Virus record (IMG/VR): IMGVR_UViG_3300023119_000004
Source: a virus
Lineage: Duplodnaviria; Caudoviricetes
Length of the DNA: 64,000 nucleotides
Reading direction: 5' to 3' (one strand)
Shown: one piece after another, positions 54,021 to 62,694 of the stretch
Layout: each line of letters begins with the position of its first letter
Position numbering within the stretch: the stretch's first letter is position 1
Made by a program: the position numbers and the translations under genes
The notes under the pieces: generated by a model
Seen by the model: only the letters and a program-made list of their open reading frames with translations
Told to the model about the DNA's origin: nothing
Databases searched by the model: none

Positions 54021-54213
54021 TTGCGATCACCATAGTCATACCGTTATTGCGTATTTTAGTTACCAAAGCCTTGCGGATAAGGTTTTCAATAATGAACTGT
54101 TCATTCTCTGGAAATGCTATTAAAGGAGTAACGTTTTGTAGTCTTTCTAATATTCGAAATTCATCGTTACTCATTTGCATAGTAAAACCTTTAAAGATTT
54201 CTTTAATCTTCAT
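53998..54213 (-). CDS. Hypothetical late protein
   Basis: MKIKEI leader. Confidence 0.65.
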   Translation of the reverse strand: MKIKEIFKGFTMQMSNDEFRILERLQNVTPLIAFPENEQFIIENLIRKALVTKIRNNGMTMVIANEKPRNN

Positions 54214-54668
54214 TATACTACCTTCTTTGCCGCTGGTGTACCAACTGCCTGATCTGCTTTTTGTTTTACTACACTATCTAAATCTTTTTTAGTGTATACA
54301 AATGCATTAGGCTCGCCTGGTCCTGGTTTTGGATTCTTCAATATAACTTGATCGCCCTTGACATCATCAATGTCGAATTCTTCTTCGCCTGCCCCTCCTT
54401 GTTTAGGCAAAGATAATTTATTTCCTTTTTTGAGAACACTTTGAGCAATATTATTTTGTGATTTTTGTATTGCTTTAACTGCTTGTTTCCCTAAGCCTTG
54501 TGCAACATTGGCCGCTTTGCCCATTGCTTTAGTACCTAACTTAGCACCTGCTTTAGCCGCCGCACTTCCCATTGAAGCACCAACACGACCAACAGCCGCC
54601 GCAATAGCAGGAACCACTTCTACTACTACTTCTTCTTCTACTGGCTTAGTAAAGTCTTTTGCTCTCAT
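54213..54668 (-). CDS. Ala/Lys-rich late protein
   Basis: MRAKDF leader, EEEVVVE then A/G/K-rich. Confidence 0.65.
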   Translation of the reverse strand: MRAKDFTKPVEEEVVVEVVPAIAAAVGRVGASMGSAAAKAGAKLGTKAMGKAANVAQGLGKQAVKAIQKSQNNIAQSVLKKGNKLSLPKQGGAGEEEFDIDDVKGDQVILKNPKPGPGEPNAFVYTKKDLDSVVKQKADQAVGTPAAKKVV

Positions 54669-55006
54669 TATTTTTTAGTCCTTTTTCCAGATCTAAAGTT
54701 TTTCTTTAAGTGAGACTTTTTATAACGTCTCTGTGTTAATGGCTTATTCGCTTTAGTCAAACGTTTTGTTAAACCGCCTGCTCTCTTAGTACGAGCAGTT
54801 TTAACTTTCATTACACTACTGCGTCTTGCTTTTGCTCTCTTAATATTTAACGAACTTCCAACTTTTTTAGTTGCTGAACAAGTGCTAGGTTTTGCAACAA
54901 TACGTCCTTTACGTGTACCAGAGGTGCAACGATACTTACGAGTAAGTTTACCTTTGTCTCTCCCCCAAATTTGAACAACACCTTCTGTAAGTTCAGCAAA
55001 TCTCAT
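54668..55006 (-). CDS. Highly basic putative internal head protein (paralogue A)
   Basis: MRFAELTE; QIW.R..K..RKYRCT.G.RKGRIV. Confidence 0.7.
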   Translation of the reverse strand: MRFAELTEGVVQIWGRDKGKLTRKYRCTSGTRKGRIVAKPSTCSATKKVGSSLNIKRAKARRSSVMKVKTARTKRAGGLTKRLTKANKPLTQRRYKKSHLKKNFRSGKRTKK

Positions 55007-55007
55007 T

Positions 55008-55187
55008 TTACATCTTCACACAATTATCAACGGTCTTGCCGTTTTTCTTTTTGGTGCCCATTCTTTTGTAGCCTTTCCAGCATACTTTGCCGTCAACACC
55101 TTTTTGCTTTTCTTCTGAAACAAAACGCCAATTTGGATTTCCGCATTCGGAACAAACATAGTTGCTATCTACTTCATAAATTTTCAT
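55008..55187 (-). CDS. Small CWKGY-motif protein (59 aa)
   Basis: MKIYEVDSNYVCSECGNPNW...VCWKGYKRMGTKKKNGKTVDNCVKM; not in ORF track. Confidence 0.75.
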   Translation of the reverse strand: MKIYEVDSNYVCSECGNPNWRFVSEEKQKGVDGKVCWKGYKRMGTKKKNGKTVDNCVKM

Positions 55188-55188
55188 A

Positions 55189-55476
55189 CTATCTTCCTCT
55201 TGATGCTTTATTTAATGCTTGTACTCTGCGTGAAGCAGGGTTAATACGTTTTGTTCTACGTGCTTTACGCATCATCTTACCGCCTATTCTTGCACGAGTC
55301 TTTTTCATAGTAATACGTGCTTTCATATTAGGTGCGGCAAAACACTGAGCCATGCTTTTAACAATACGACCTTTGCGTCTTCCAGTTGTACAACGAAACT
55401 TGCGTACAACCTTCTTGCCAGATCTTGCCCAAATCTGCTTTTCTGATAATGATTCTGTGATTTCTCGTACTAGCAT
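55189..55476 (-). CDS. Highly basic putative internal head protein (paralogue B)
   Basis: MLVREITE; QIWAR..K..RKFRCT.G.RKGRIV; late promoter at 55482-55489. Confidence 0.7.
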   Translation of the reverse strand: MLVREITESLSEKQIWARSGKKVVRKFRCTTGRRKGRIVKSMAQCFAAPNMKARITMKKTRARIGGKMMRKARRTKRINPASRRVQALNKASRGR

Positions 55477-55500
55477 AACAGTATTTATGCCAGTTAAACG

Positions 55501-55737
55501 TTAGTTTGCGTTCATTAGGATGACAACAATAGTGGAAAGTAGTCCTGCTACGATAGTGCCAGTTGCACCAATTAGTACTTTAATCATGGACTTGTTGCCG
55601 TGTGTAATATCTTCGTGGAGATGCTCGACCTTTTCTTCGATCTTCGCTAAACGTCCTTCTAGGACTTCATATCTTTGAGCACATAAATCAACGTGTGCTT
55701 CTAAGTTTTCTTTTTCTAAGTCAGTGGCTCTTGCCAT
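55501..55737 (-). CDS. Coiled-coil protein with C-terminal TM
   Basis: LEAHVDLCAQRY...C-terminal hydrophobic helix. Confidence 0.7.
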   Translation of the reverse strand: MARATDLEKENLEAHVDLCAQRYEVLEGRLAKIEEKVEHLHEDITHGNKSMIKVLIGATGTIVAGLLSTIVVILMNAN

Positions 55738-55828
55738 CTTTATCTCTCCGTTCCTTAGTTTATCGTGGAAGGGGCCTAATAATTGTAACCTATGTTAAGA
55801 TGTAATGTTTGCCTTATACTATTATTTA

Positions 55829-56263
55829 TTATACATCCAGGCTAATATTATCTGCTAACATAAAAACTATGTTAGTTGCTTCACTATCTTTAGTTCTGAA
55901 TGCACTATTATTTATCGTGATTGTCTCTGTTAACCCAGCAATTACAGGTATTAAATTGAAATCCTCTTTTAGAGCATCAACACTTGTAGCACCTTCTTGT
56001 TCAACAGTAAACTCAAAAGTCCAAATACGTTGCTTACCTGTAAAGTTTGTACCAAACCCTAGTCCGTCTATATCTGCGTCTACTGAAACAGGATCATTTT
56101 GAAAGTATGGGTTTGCTCTCATACCTAACACTTGTAGAAATGTATTCCAATTTGCCTGTTGATTAATTGCTTGTCTATCCTCAGACTTAAATTTGGTTAG
56201 GCCAGTTTTGGTAATGTCAATTAATGTAATAACTTTGAAGTTCATACACTTACTTATAGTCAT
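55829..56263 (-). CDS. Hypothetical late protein
   Basis: TLIDIT.TG...QQANWNTFLQVLGMRANP. Confidence 0.65.
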   Translation of the reverse strand: MTISKCMNFKVITLIDITKTGLTKFKSEDRQAINQQANWNTFLQVLGMRANPYFQNDPVSVDADIDGLGFGTNFTGKQRIWTFEFTVEQEGATSVDALKEDFNLIPVIAGLTETITINNSAFRTKDSEATNIVFMLADNISLDV

Positions 56264-56296
56264 AAAAAAAGGGCCCGAATAAATCCGAGCCCTTTT
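56264..56296 (-). terminator. Rho-independent terminator
   Basis: AAAAGGGCTCGG...TTCGGGCCCTTTTTTT. Confidence 0.8.
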
Positions 56297-56320
56297 CGAT
56301 AGTTTCTTCTAAACTATTAA

Positions 56321-56662
56321 TTAAGCAACAGTTACTGAAGAAGCCGCTGTTACAGTAGCCGCTGAAAGGTCAAAGTTATTTGGACCAACTGCGTCACCTA
56401 ATGCACGGATTCTAGCCTGTAAAGAAGCCGCGTCATCTTTGTGACCGTCTACGATTACAGAAACTGTTTGTGCTGAACCTGCTGAGTAGTACATTAAAGG
56501 TGCTACTTCGCGGATGATTGCTTCCATTGCTTCGTTAGCGCCATCGTCTTCAGTTGTTAATGCCGCTTGTGCGTCGATTACGAACGCCGCAATTTGTGCT
56601 GTTGAATACACAGTACCCTGTGCATATTGGCCGAAGCCATTTACTCTTGTTACGCCTGCCAT
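56321..56662 (-). CDS. Probable abundant virion protein (decoration-like)
   Basis: Ala-rich 113 aa, strong SD, structured leader, own terminator. Confidence 0.5.
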   Translation of the reverse strand: MAGVTRVNGFGQYAQGTVYSTAQIAAFVIDAQAALTTEDDGANEAMEAIIREVAPLMYYSAGSAQTVSVIVDGHKDDAASLQARIRALGDAVGPNNFDLSAATVTAASSVTVA

Positions 56663-56785
56663 TTTATTTCTCCTATAAATGTGAGTAAAAATAAACGTTA
56701 TTCTTACTCGGCTCTAATGGCCACGCATCGTTCTCTTGATGCTTTGTGGTTACTATTATTTAGTCTTTTTTGGAAAAATATAGGA

Positions 56786-57727
56786 TTAACGGCTCTTTTT
56801 GGCTCGATTATGTAATGCTCTTAGCATTTGAACAAATCCCGGTCCTGCTTTAACAATATCATCTACCATTTTAACTACAGGTGCGTATGCTTGAACGTAA
56901 GGTGCTGGTACAGCCTTGCCGTCTTTTGCTTGGTCTAAAAACTTCTTAGTTCCTACTAGACCTTTTGCACCAACTAGGTATCTATAATATTGTAACTCAG
57001 GACCGGTTGGAGTAGCCAAGTCAGGTAAACTTACAGTTGGCTCGTTGTCTTTAATTCTTGCATTTTCTAAATCTTTAGTACGAGCAAGTTCTTCAATGTA
57101 AACAATAATATCACTGCTTCTTAGTTTTGCTCTAACAGCAAGTAACAATCGTGTAACTGTATTTTGTTTTTCTTGTGTGCTAAGGGAGTTGTAGTTAAAC
57201 AAATTACGTCTAATTGCTTTGTAGTCAGTGTTAGTAATGTTTAGTCCGCCTTCTAAACGGATAAGTGTTTCAGTAGGTCTTATTGCTGTGTTGTTACCTA
57301 CTGCACTCAAATATCTATTTAAACCCATTGTAGGCAAGTTAGTTCTCATACGTACTGCTTTTGCACTTTCAGGGTCTTTAAGTTTTGCTAAGGCTTTGTC
57401 GTCACCTATAACAAAATAGATAAAGTTATATAGATCTGTACCAACCATTCTAAACTGTTGGTATGGACCATATGATGTTGTTTTCTTTGCGTAGCCTGCC
57501 GCATAACCTCTAGTGCTAGGAAATAGTCTTAGAAGTTCTAAACTTAATACAATTAAGTATAGTCGTTCACAACAATCTGTATAAGACAACTTGGCCTGAT
57601 CAGATGAGTTGCGAGTCATTCTCGCTTCTGCTAGGTCATTAAGGAATGAAAACTTTTCTTCCGTAACTGGAAGTTCGTGTCCACCTTCCATGGTTGCCCA
57701 CTCCATTGCTGTAAACTTTTCTGCCAT
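56786..57727 (-). CDS. Hypothetical late protein
   Basis: 313-aa ORF in coupled late operon. Confidence 0.65.
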   Translation of the reverse strand: MAEKFTAMEWATMEGGHELPVTEEKFSFLNDLAEARMTRNSSDQAKLSYTDCCERLYLIVLSLELLRLFPSTRGYAAGYAKKTTSYGPYQQFRMVGTDLYNFIYFVIGDDKALAKLKDPESAKAVRMRTNLPTMGLNRYLSAVGNNTAIRPTETLIRLEGGLNITNTDYKAIRRNLFNYNSLSTQEKQNTVTRLLLAVRAKLRSSDIIVYIEELARTKDLENARIKDNEPTVSLPDLATPTGPELQYYRYLVGAKGLVGTKKFLDQAKDGKAVPAPYVQAYAPVVKMVDDIVKAGPGFVQMLRALHNRAKKSR

Positions 57728-59277
57728 TATGCGTAGTTACTCTTTTCAACACTTTGTGGTTGATACTTTTTCAAAAATGCGGCGACCATTTCTTTTTGTC
57801 CGCCTGCACCTAGTAGCATACCTAGTGTATCTGCGTTTTGTACATCTTTAGTAAACTGACGTTTAATATCAGGCTTAACTCTGTCTGTAGTTAATAGCAT
57901 TTTAATAACAGTGGCTTGTTCAGCATTAATTTCATGCTGTTTGCCATCGTCTGTTGTTACAGCCTTAACTGGATTTGGATTGCCTCTTGAGTCAAGTACT
58001 TTACCTACTTGTACAATCATAGGTGTTTGTTTGAAGTCTGGATCAAGACCAGCGTCATCGCTGTCTGCTGGATCCATTTGTTTCTTCATATCTGCAAAAT
58101 CATCGTCCATATCTGAATCAATGATAAAGTCTGTTGCTTTCATAGTATTCTCCCTTTTTACTGCTCTGTTTGCTTTACTAAAACCTGAGCGATTTACTAG
58201 TTTAATATCACCACCAGGGTGTGCCAACACATAACCTTCACCACCTGGGGTATCACCAATACTTGCTTTAATGTCTGTGTCTTGCTGTTCTAGTTGATTA
58301 ATAATATCATCTTTAACTGACATTATACTTGAAACAGTTTCCCACATAACTGAAAACGCTTTAATGTTTTCTTTAACGTATTGAGTAATCTTTTCTTGTT
58401 TAGGCTTACTAACTTTACTACTGCTTAACCATTGAATAAAGTCTTTACCTAAATTAGTTAATCCCGAGTCAACTTTGCTGTTCATATACGTATAAAGTAT
58501 TTTGTCAAAGTCTGACACTTTCATTGCTGTTAGTTTATTTCTATCTAATAAACTATCAATAGCACCTGCATTTTGAGTTACAAGATTTTTAAGTTTATCA
58601 ATTCTTGTAGTATCAATCTGTGGTGATTCTTGTGGTGTTATTGGAGGAAACACTAACAAGTTATTTCCTTCAAACATACCGTAATCTTTTAATGGTGTTT
58701 CACTACCATCTTCGTCTACTTCTCTATGAATAACTACACCAACTTTACTTGCACCAATACGCTTACCAATGTCGCTCTTAGCGTCAACTGTATAAGTTAC
58801 AAGTTGTGGTTTAAAAACGTAACGTCCGTCTTTAACAGGCGGTGTGTCAAAATATAACATATCACCTTTAAAGTATCCTTTGTGTGATAAAGGAACAGCC
58901 TTCTCAGCAACAGTATAAGCATTTTTCATATTAGCCGCTAACTGAGCAAAGCCTTCTGGATTCTTTTGTGCGCCTGGACGATTTAAAAACATTTTTTCAA
59001 CATCATCTGCTGATTTAGTTTTGCCGTCATATCCTTTTGCACTAAAGCCTGACTTGTCGGTAAACACAAAGTCGCCATCTTCATTGCGTCCAAAGATAAC
59101 TGCTGGCGAGCCGTCCCACTTAATAGTAGTAGCACCACGTCCTTCGTCATTAGCCATACTAGCCAATGCATCAACAACACGTAGAGCACCTTTACTACCA
59201 TTAAAGAATATTTCATCTTCTGCGTGTTGAATACGTGCTGGCGCTTCTGTAACTATTTTTATTTCGTCAAATCTCAT
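57727..59277 (-). CDS. RNA-ligase-like nucleotidyltransferase (DUF6267-like) with in-frame C-terminal domain/internal start at 58143
   Basis: TIKWDGSP (motif I KxDG), FKGDML (III), GEGYVL (IV), IKLVNR (V). Confidence 0.65.
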   Translation of the reverse strand: MRFDEIKIVTEAPARIQHAEDEIFFNGSKGALRVVDALASMANDEGRGATTIKWDGSPAVIFGRNEDGDFVFTDKSGFSAKGYDGKTKSADDVEKMFLNRPGAQKNPEGFAQLAANMKNAYTVAEKAVPLSHKGYFKGDMLYFDTPPVKDGRYVFKPQLVTYTVDAKSDIGKRIGASKVGVVIHREVDEDGSETPLKDYGMFEGNNLLVFPPITPQESPQIDTTRIDKLKNLVTQNAGAIDSLLDRNKLTAMKVSDFDKILYTYMNSKVDSGLTNLGKDFIQWLSSSKVSKPKQEKITQYVKENIKAFSVMWETVSSIMSVKDDIINQLEQQDTDIKASIGDTPGGEGYVLAHPGGDIKLVNRSGFSKANRAVKRENTMKATDFIIDSDMDDDFADMKKQMDPADSDDAGLDPDFKQTPMIVQVGKVLDSRGNPNPVKAVTTDDGKQHEINAEQATVIKMLLTTDRVKPDIKRQFTKDVQNADTLGMLLGAGGQKEMVAAFLKKYQPQSVEKSNYA

Positions 59278-59972
59278 TGTGGTAGTACCAATCCTTCTTT
59301 TTCAAAAAAGTCTTTAGCATCTTTTACAAGTGCTTCATAGTTTGGATCGCTTTTAATTTTTGCATTGATAGTTTCAACACTTTTTAAATCACCAGCGTTT
59401 GAACCATCACCTAATAAAATCTTAGCAACTTCATCAGGGTCTTTAGTAACTTCTTTGTTTGTTAATCTATCAACTAGTCCATTAGTCGGAGACCATTTGT
59501 AACCTAATGCTTTTGCAATAGATGCCATCATGATCATTCTATGTTGTCCTTTAAATTCGCTCTTCTCATCACCTCTTAAAGCAAACTGCATAAACTTAGG
59601 ATCACCAAACATTAAATCAGTTTGTACAAACCCAAGTTTCTCATTGCCGTTAATAGGAGTTTTAAAATGTACACTTATACCACTCTTTGCAATCCATTGT
59701 TTAGTATCATCGTCTGGGTGATTCTTTTGTACCCATGCACTTAATTTTGATACAAGTCCGTCTTTGTCAACACTTGCTTTATCAACAGCAACATCAAGGT
59801 CACCACTAGTTGGTTTAAGTCCTGTACTACCGAGCATATTGTTTACATGATCAAGACCTGTAATTTTTTCAAGCCATTTAAGTGTAGGCTCAACATCTGC
59901 TTTGTTAATACGTTGTGTTGCTGGTTCACCTTCTGGTGACTTAAAAACGTTTCCACCCTCGTTTAAGATCAT
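59274..59972 (-). CDS. Pol-beta superfamily nucleotidyltransferase
   Basis: LGSTG...SGDLDVAVD...VQTDLMF (hGS, DxD, third D). Confidence 0.75.
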   Translation of the reverse strand: MILNEGGNVFKSPEGEPATQRINKADVEPTLKWLEKITGLDHVNNMLGSTGLKPTSGDLDVAVDKASVDKDGLVSKLSAWVQKNHPDDDTKQWIAKSGISVHFKTPINGNEKLGFVQTDLMFGDPKFMQFALRGDEKSEFKGQHRMIMMASIAKALGYKWSPTNGLVDRLTNKEVTKDPDEVAKILLGDGSNAGDLKSVETINAKIKSDPNYEALVKDAKDFFEKEGLVLPQ

Positions 59973-60226
59973 TTCTTTTCCTTGGATTCAATTATTTTAT
60001 CAACGCCACGTTTGAATTTACGAGGATCGCCACTTCGGATACTATTAATAAACCTGCGTTCAAGTTCATTAGCCGTTTCGGTATCATAACTTTCAGCAAT
60101 ACGATTAAGCAAATTAATACTGCTTTCAATAAGATTATTACCAGTGGTCTGGATCAGATGGTCGTTGTTACCAGTCTGCCTAAAACTACTAAGTTCCTCT
60201 AGGATTGATCGTGTACGTTTTCTCAT
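59969..60226 (-). CDS. Hypothetical late protein
   Basis: MRKRTRSILEEL...RRFINSIRSGDPRKF. Confidence 0.7.
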   Translation of the reverse strand: MRKRTRSILEELSSFRQTGNNDHLIQTTGNNLIESSINLLNRIAESYDTETANELERRFINSIRSGDPRKFKRGVDKIIESKEKK

Positions 60227-60283
60227 TTTCTTTTCCTTATGTTGTATTTAGTGTATTAAATAACTTTGTTGTCGTCAAATAGG

Positions 60284-60312
60284 TTGACAGCCATTATAAT
60301 AGGTTGTATACT
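60284..60312 (+). promoter_or_regulatory. Promoter TTGACA-N17-TATACT for tRNA pair
   Basis: Near-perfect sigma70 consensus. Confidence 0.8.
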
Positions 60313-60330
60313 AAGCAAACAATATAAAAA

Positions 60331-60404
60331 GCGGGTGTAGCATAATGGTAATGCACTGGCCTTCCAAGCCATGTATGGGAGTTCGATTCTCCTCACCCGC
60401 TCCA
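60331..60404 (+). tRNA. tRNA-Gly(TCC)
   Basis: GCGGGTG/CACCCGC, U73, CCA; loop CT-TCC-AA. Confidence 0.92.
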
Positions 60405-60410
60405 AACAAT

Positions 60411-60484
60411 GCAGGAATGGTGTAGTGGTAACACGACAGTCTCCAAAACTGTAAACTGAGGTTCGATTCCTTGTTCCTGTGCCA
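60411..60484 (+). tRNA. tRNA-Trp(CCA)
   Basis: GCAGGAA/TTCCTGT, G73, CCA; ACAGT-CTCCAAA-ACTGT. Confidence 0.9.
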
Positions 60485-60538
60485 ACCCTCTTTTTGCCTC
60501 CATAATATAATAAATACACATATTATAGGAGGGCAAAA

Positions 60539-61321
60539 ATGGGTATTTCTGCATTTAATTTTAAAGAGCGTAGTCTTTTATTTGCTAGACTGGCGCAAAT
60601 AGCATATTCTAATATAGATGTTGCTAAGAAACAAGCAAAGAAGTTAGGGTTTACTACAGTAGAGTTTTACGAAAAAGACGGAGCACAAGCATATCGCTTT
60701 ATGAATAAAGAGGATCTTGTTATTGCTTGTAGAGGAACAGAACCAACAGAGTTTAACGATATTAAAGCAGATGCAAATGCCCTTCCTGTTATTGCTGAAA
60801 CTATTTCAAGAGTACACAGAGGATTTAAAGCAGAAGTAGATGAACTATGGCCAATGGTGCTAGAAGATTTACAACGTAAAGCCAATGACAAGAAAAAGAT
60901 TTGGTTCTGTGGACACTCACTTGGAGCGGCAATGGCTACTATTATGTCAAGTCGTTGCCACTTATACCCAGACGTAGAACCTGTGCAGGAACTTTACACA
61001 TACGGATCACCAAGAGTAGGCTGGCCTGGATATGTAAAGAGTCTTGGTGTAACACACCATCGTTGGGTTAACAATAACGACATTGTAACAAGAGTTCCAC
61101 TTGCTATTATGGGTTACAAGCATCACGGTGAACAACACTATCTAAATGCATACGGCAATGTTCGTAAACCTACAGGGTGGCAACTTGTTAAAGATCGATT
61201 CCGTGGAATGTGGATGGGGTTAAAGCAAGGCAAGATTGATAACTTTTCAGATCACAGTATGGTAAACTATTGTAACTATCTTGAAATGTACGTTTCAGGA
61301 AAAGAAAACAGTCAAAGTTAA
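60539..61321 (+). CDS. Class 3 lipase (alpha/beta hydrolase)
   Basis: ACRGTE, VHRGF, GHSLG, YGSPRVG, NDIVTRVP, DHS; AATAAATA at 60509-60516. Confidence 0.92.
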   Translation: MGISAFNFKERSLLFARLAQIAYSNIDVAKKQAKKLGFTTVEFYEKDGAQAYRFMNKEDLVIACRGTEPTEFNDIKADANALPVIAETISRVHRGFKAEVDELWPMVLEDLQRKANDKKKIWFCGHSLGAAMATIMSSRCHLYPDVEPVQELYTYGSPRVGWPGYVKSLGVTHHRWVNNNDIVTRVPLAIMGYKHHGEQHYLNAYGNVRKPTGWQLVKDRFRGMWMGLKQGKIDNFSDHSMVNYCNYLEMYVSGKENSQS

Positions 61322-62055
61322 TCTTTACGAATACGTTTATTATATTCAACTGCTTCTTTTAAAATAGACAGGTCAACATCATCACGTTGGCCTGTTTTTA
61401 TGAGTGCATTTATATCTTTAGGAAAACAATGTCCACCAAAGCCACGTTCTTCTGTGATGAAACTATGACTATCTCCTATACGTTCGTCCATTGTTGTATA
61501 GTGTGCTACAGCGTCATATTCGATGTCTAATGCATCACATAGATCATACATCTGATTAAAGAAACTAACCTTTAGTGCAAGGAAACTATTGCGAACATAC
61601 TTAGCAAGTATAAGTTCTCTAGGTTCTGCAATTTCGATGCCTACTCCAAACACATTTCCCCAGAAGCAGGTACTGGTACCACCGATTAACATTAGATCCA
61701 TTTTTGCTAGATCTTCTACTGCTGTTTTTGCCCTAAGAAACTCTGGAGAGAAGTTTAACATACGATTAGGAAATGTGTCTACCAACATATCCCAACCTTC
61801 TACCGAGATTGTGCTTTTGATTAGAATAGGTACATCAGGAGATGATTCAATTACTTCGTAAACATTTTCCATTTCACAACTGCCATCAGGTCTTTCAGGC
61901 GTTGAAACACAAATAATAACTGCATCTGTGTCTTGCGGAATTGGTTTATTGTATTCTGGCCAAGCAGGATCTACAATAGTAATGTCATGCTTGTCTTTTA
62001 ATACTTCTCGATGTGCTTTGCCTACAAAGCCATACCCTGCAATAGTAATTTTCAT
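61318..62055 (-). CDS. ugd: UDP-glucose/GDP-mannose dehydrogenase, lacking C-terminal domain
   Basis: GYGFVG, IKST, SPEFLR, KYVRNSFLA, GFGGHCFPKD; 245 aa. Confidence 0.8.
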   Translation of the reverse strand: MKITIAGYGFVGKAHREVLKDKHDITIVDPAWPEYNKPIPQDTDAVIICVSTPERPDGSCEMENVYEVIESSPDVPILIKSTISVEGWDMLVDTFPNRMLNFSPEFLRAKTAVEDLAKMDLMLIGGTSTCFWGNVFGVGIEIAEPRELILAKYVRNSFLALKVSFFNQMYDLCDALDIEYDAVAHYTTMDERIGDSHSFITEERGFGGHCFPKDINALIKTGQRDDVDLSILKEAVEYNKRIRKD

Positions 62056-62063
62056 AACTGTAG

Positions 62064-62444
62064 TTATTTTGCTTTGCTTTGTAAGTCTGCGATTGCGGCT
62101 TTTATGGCATCCTCTGCCAATACTGAGCAGTGAATCTTAACTGGCGGTAAAGCCAATTCTTCAGCGATGTCAGTGTTTTTAATTTGCTGTGCTTCTTCAA
62201 GCGTTCTACCTTTAACCCATTCGGTAAGTAGACTACTTGATGCAATGGCCGACCCACAACCGTATGTTTTAAATTTCGCATCACTAATCACTCCATCTTC
62301 GCCTACTTGTATCTGTAGACGCATAACATCTCCACAAGCAGGTGCTCCTACCATTCCTGTTCCTACGTTTTCTTTCTTGGGATCAAAACTACCTACGTTG
62401 CGAGGATTCTCATAATGATCCATTACCTTGTCGCTGTATGCCAT
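62064..62444 (-). CDS. iscU: Fe-S scaffold IscU
   Basis: APACGDVM, YGCGSAIASSS, LPPVKIHCSVLAEDA. Confidence 0.96.
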   Translation of the reverse strand: MAYSDKVMDHYENPRNVGSFDPKKENVGTGMVGAPACGDVMRLQIQVGEDGVISDAKFKTYGCGSAIASSSLLTEWVKGRTLEEAQQIKNTDIAEELALPPVKIHCSVLAEDAIKAAIADLQSKAK

Positions 62445-62694
62445 CTTTCTCTCCTATTTCACAATATTTTTCTTGCTGGGTAAAGAAGTCTTCTTCTTCC
62501 CAGTCGGGTGCTTGTCTAAACTGTAAGGGATTGCCAGTGCGTTTTGAATACGCTCCACTGTATTTAACAACAATTTGATCATCTTCATATAGTATTTCCT
62601 CTGCGTAGGCCGGGTGTAATGCAAACGTGTTCAGGACAAACGCATATATCAATACTGCAATCAGTACGCCTACTTTTTCTTTGATGTTACCCAT
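62410..62694 (-). CDS. Hypothetical secreted protein
   Basis: Signal-like N-terminus ..HPAYA; 3' end overlaps iscU. Confidence 0.45.
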   Translation of the reverse strand: MGNIKEKVGVLIAVLIYAFVLNTFALHPAYAEEILYEDDQIVVKYSGAYSKRTGNPLQFRQAPDWEEEDFFTQQEKYCEIGEKDGIQRQGNGSL

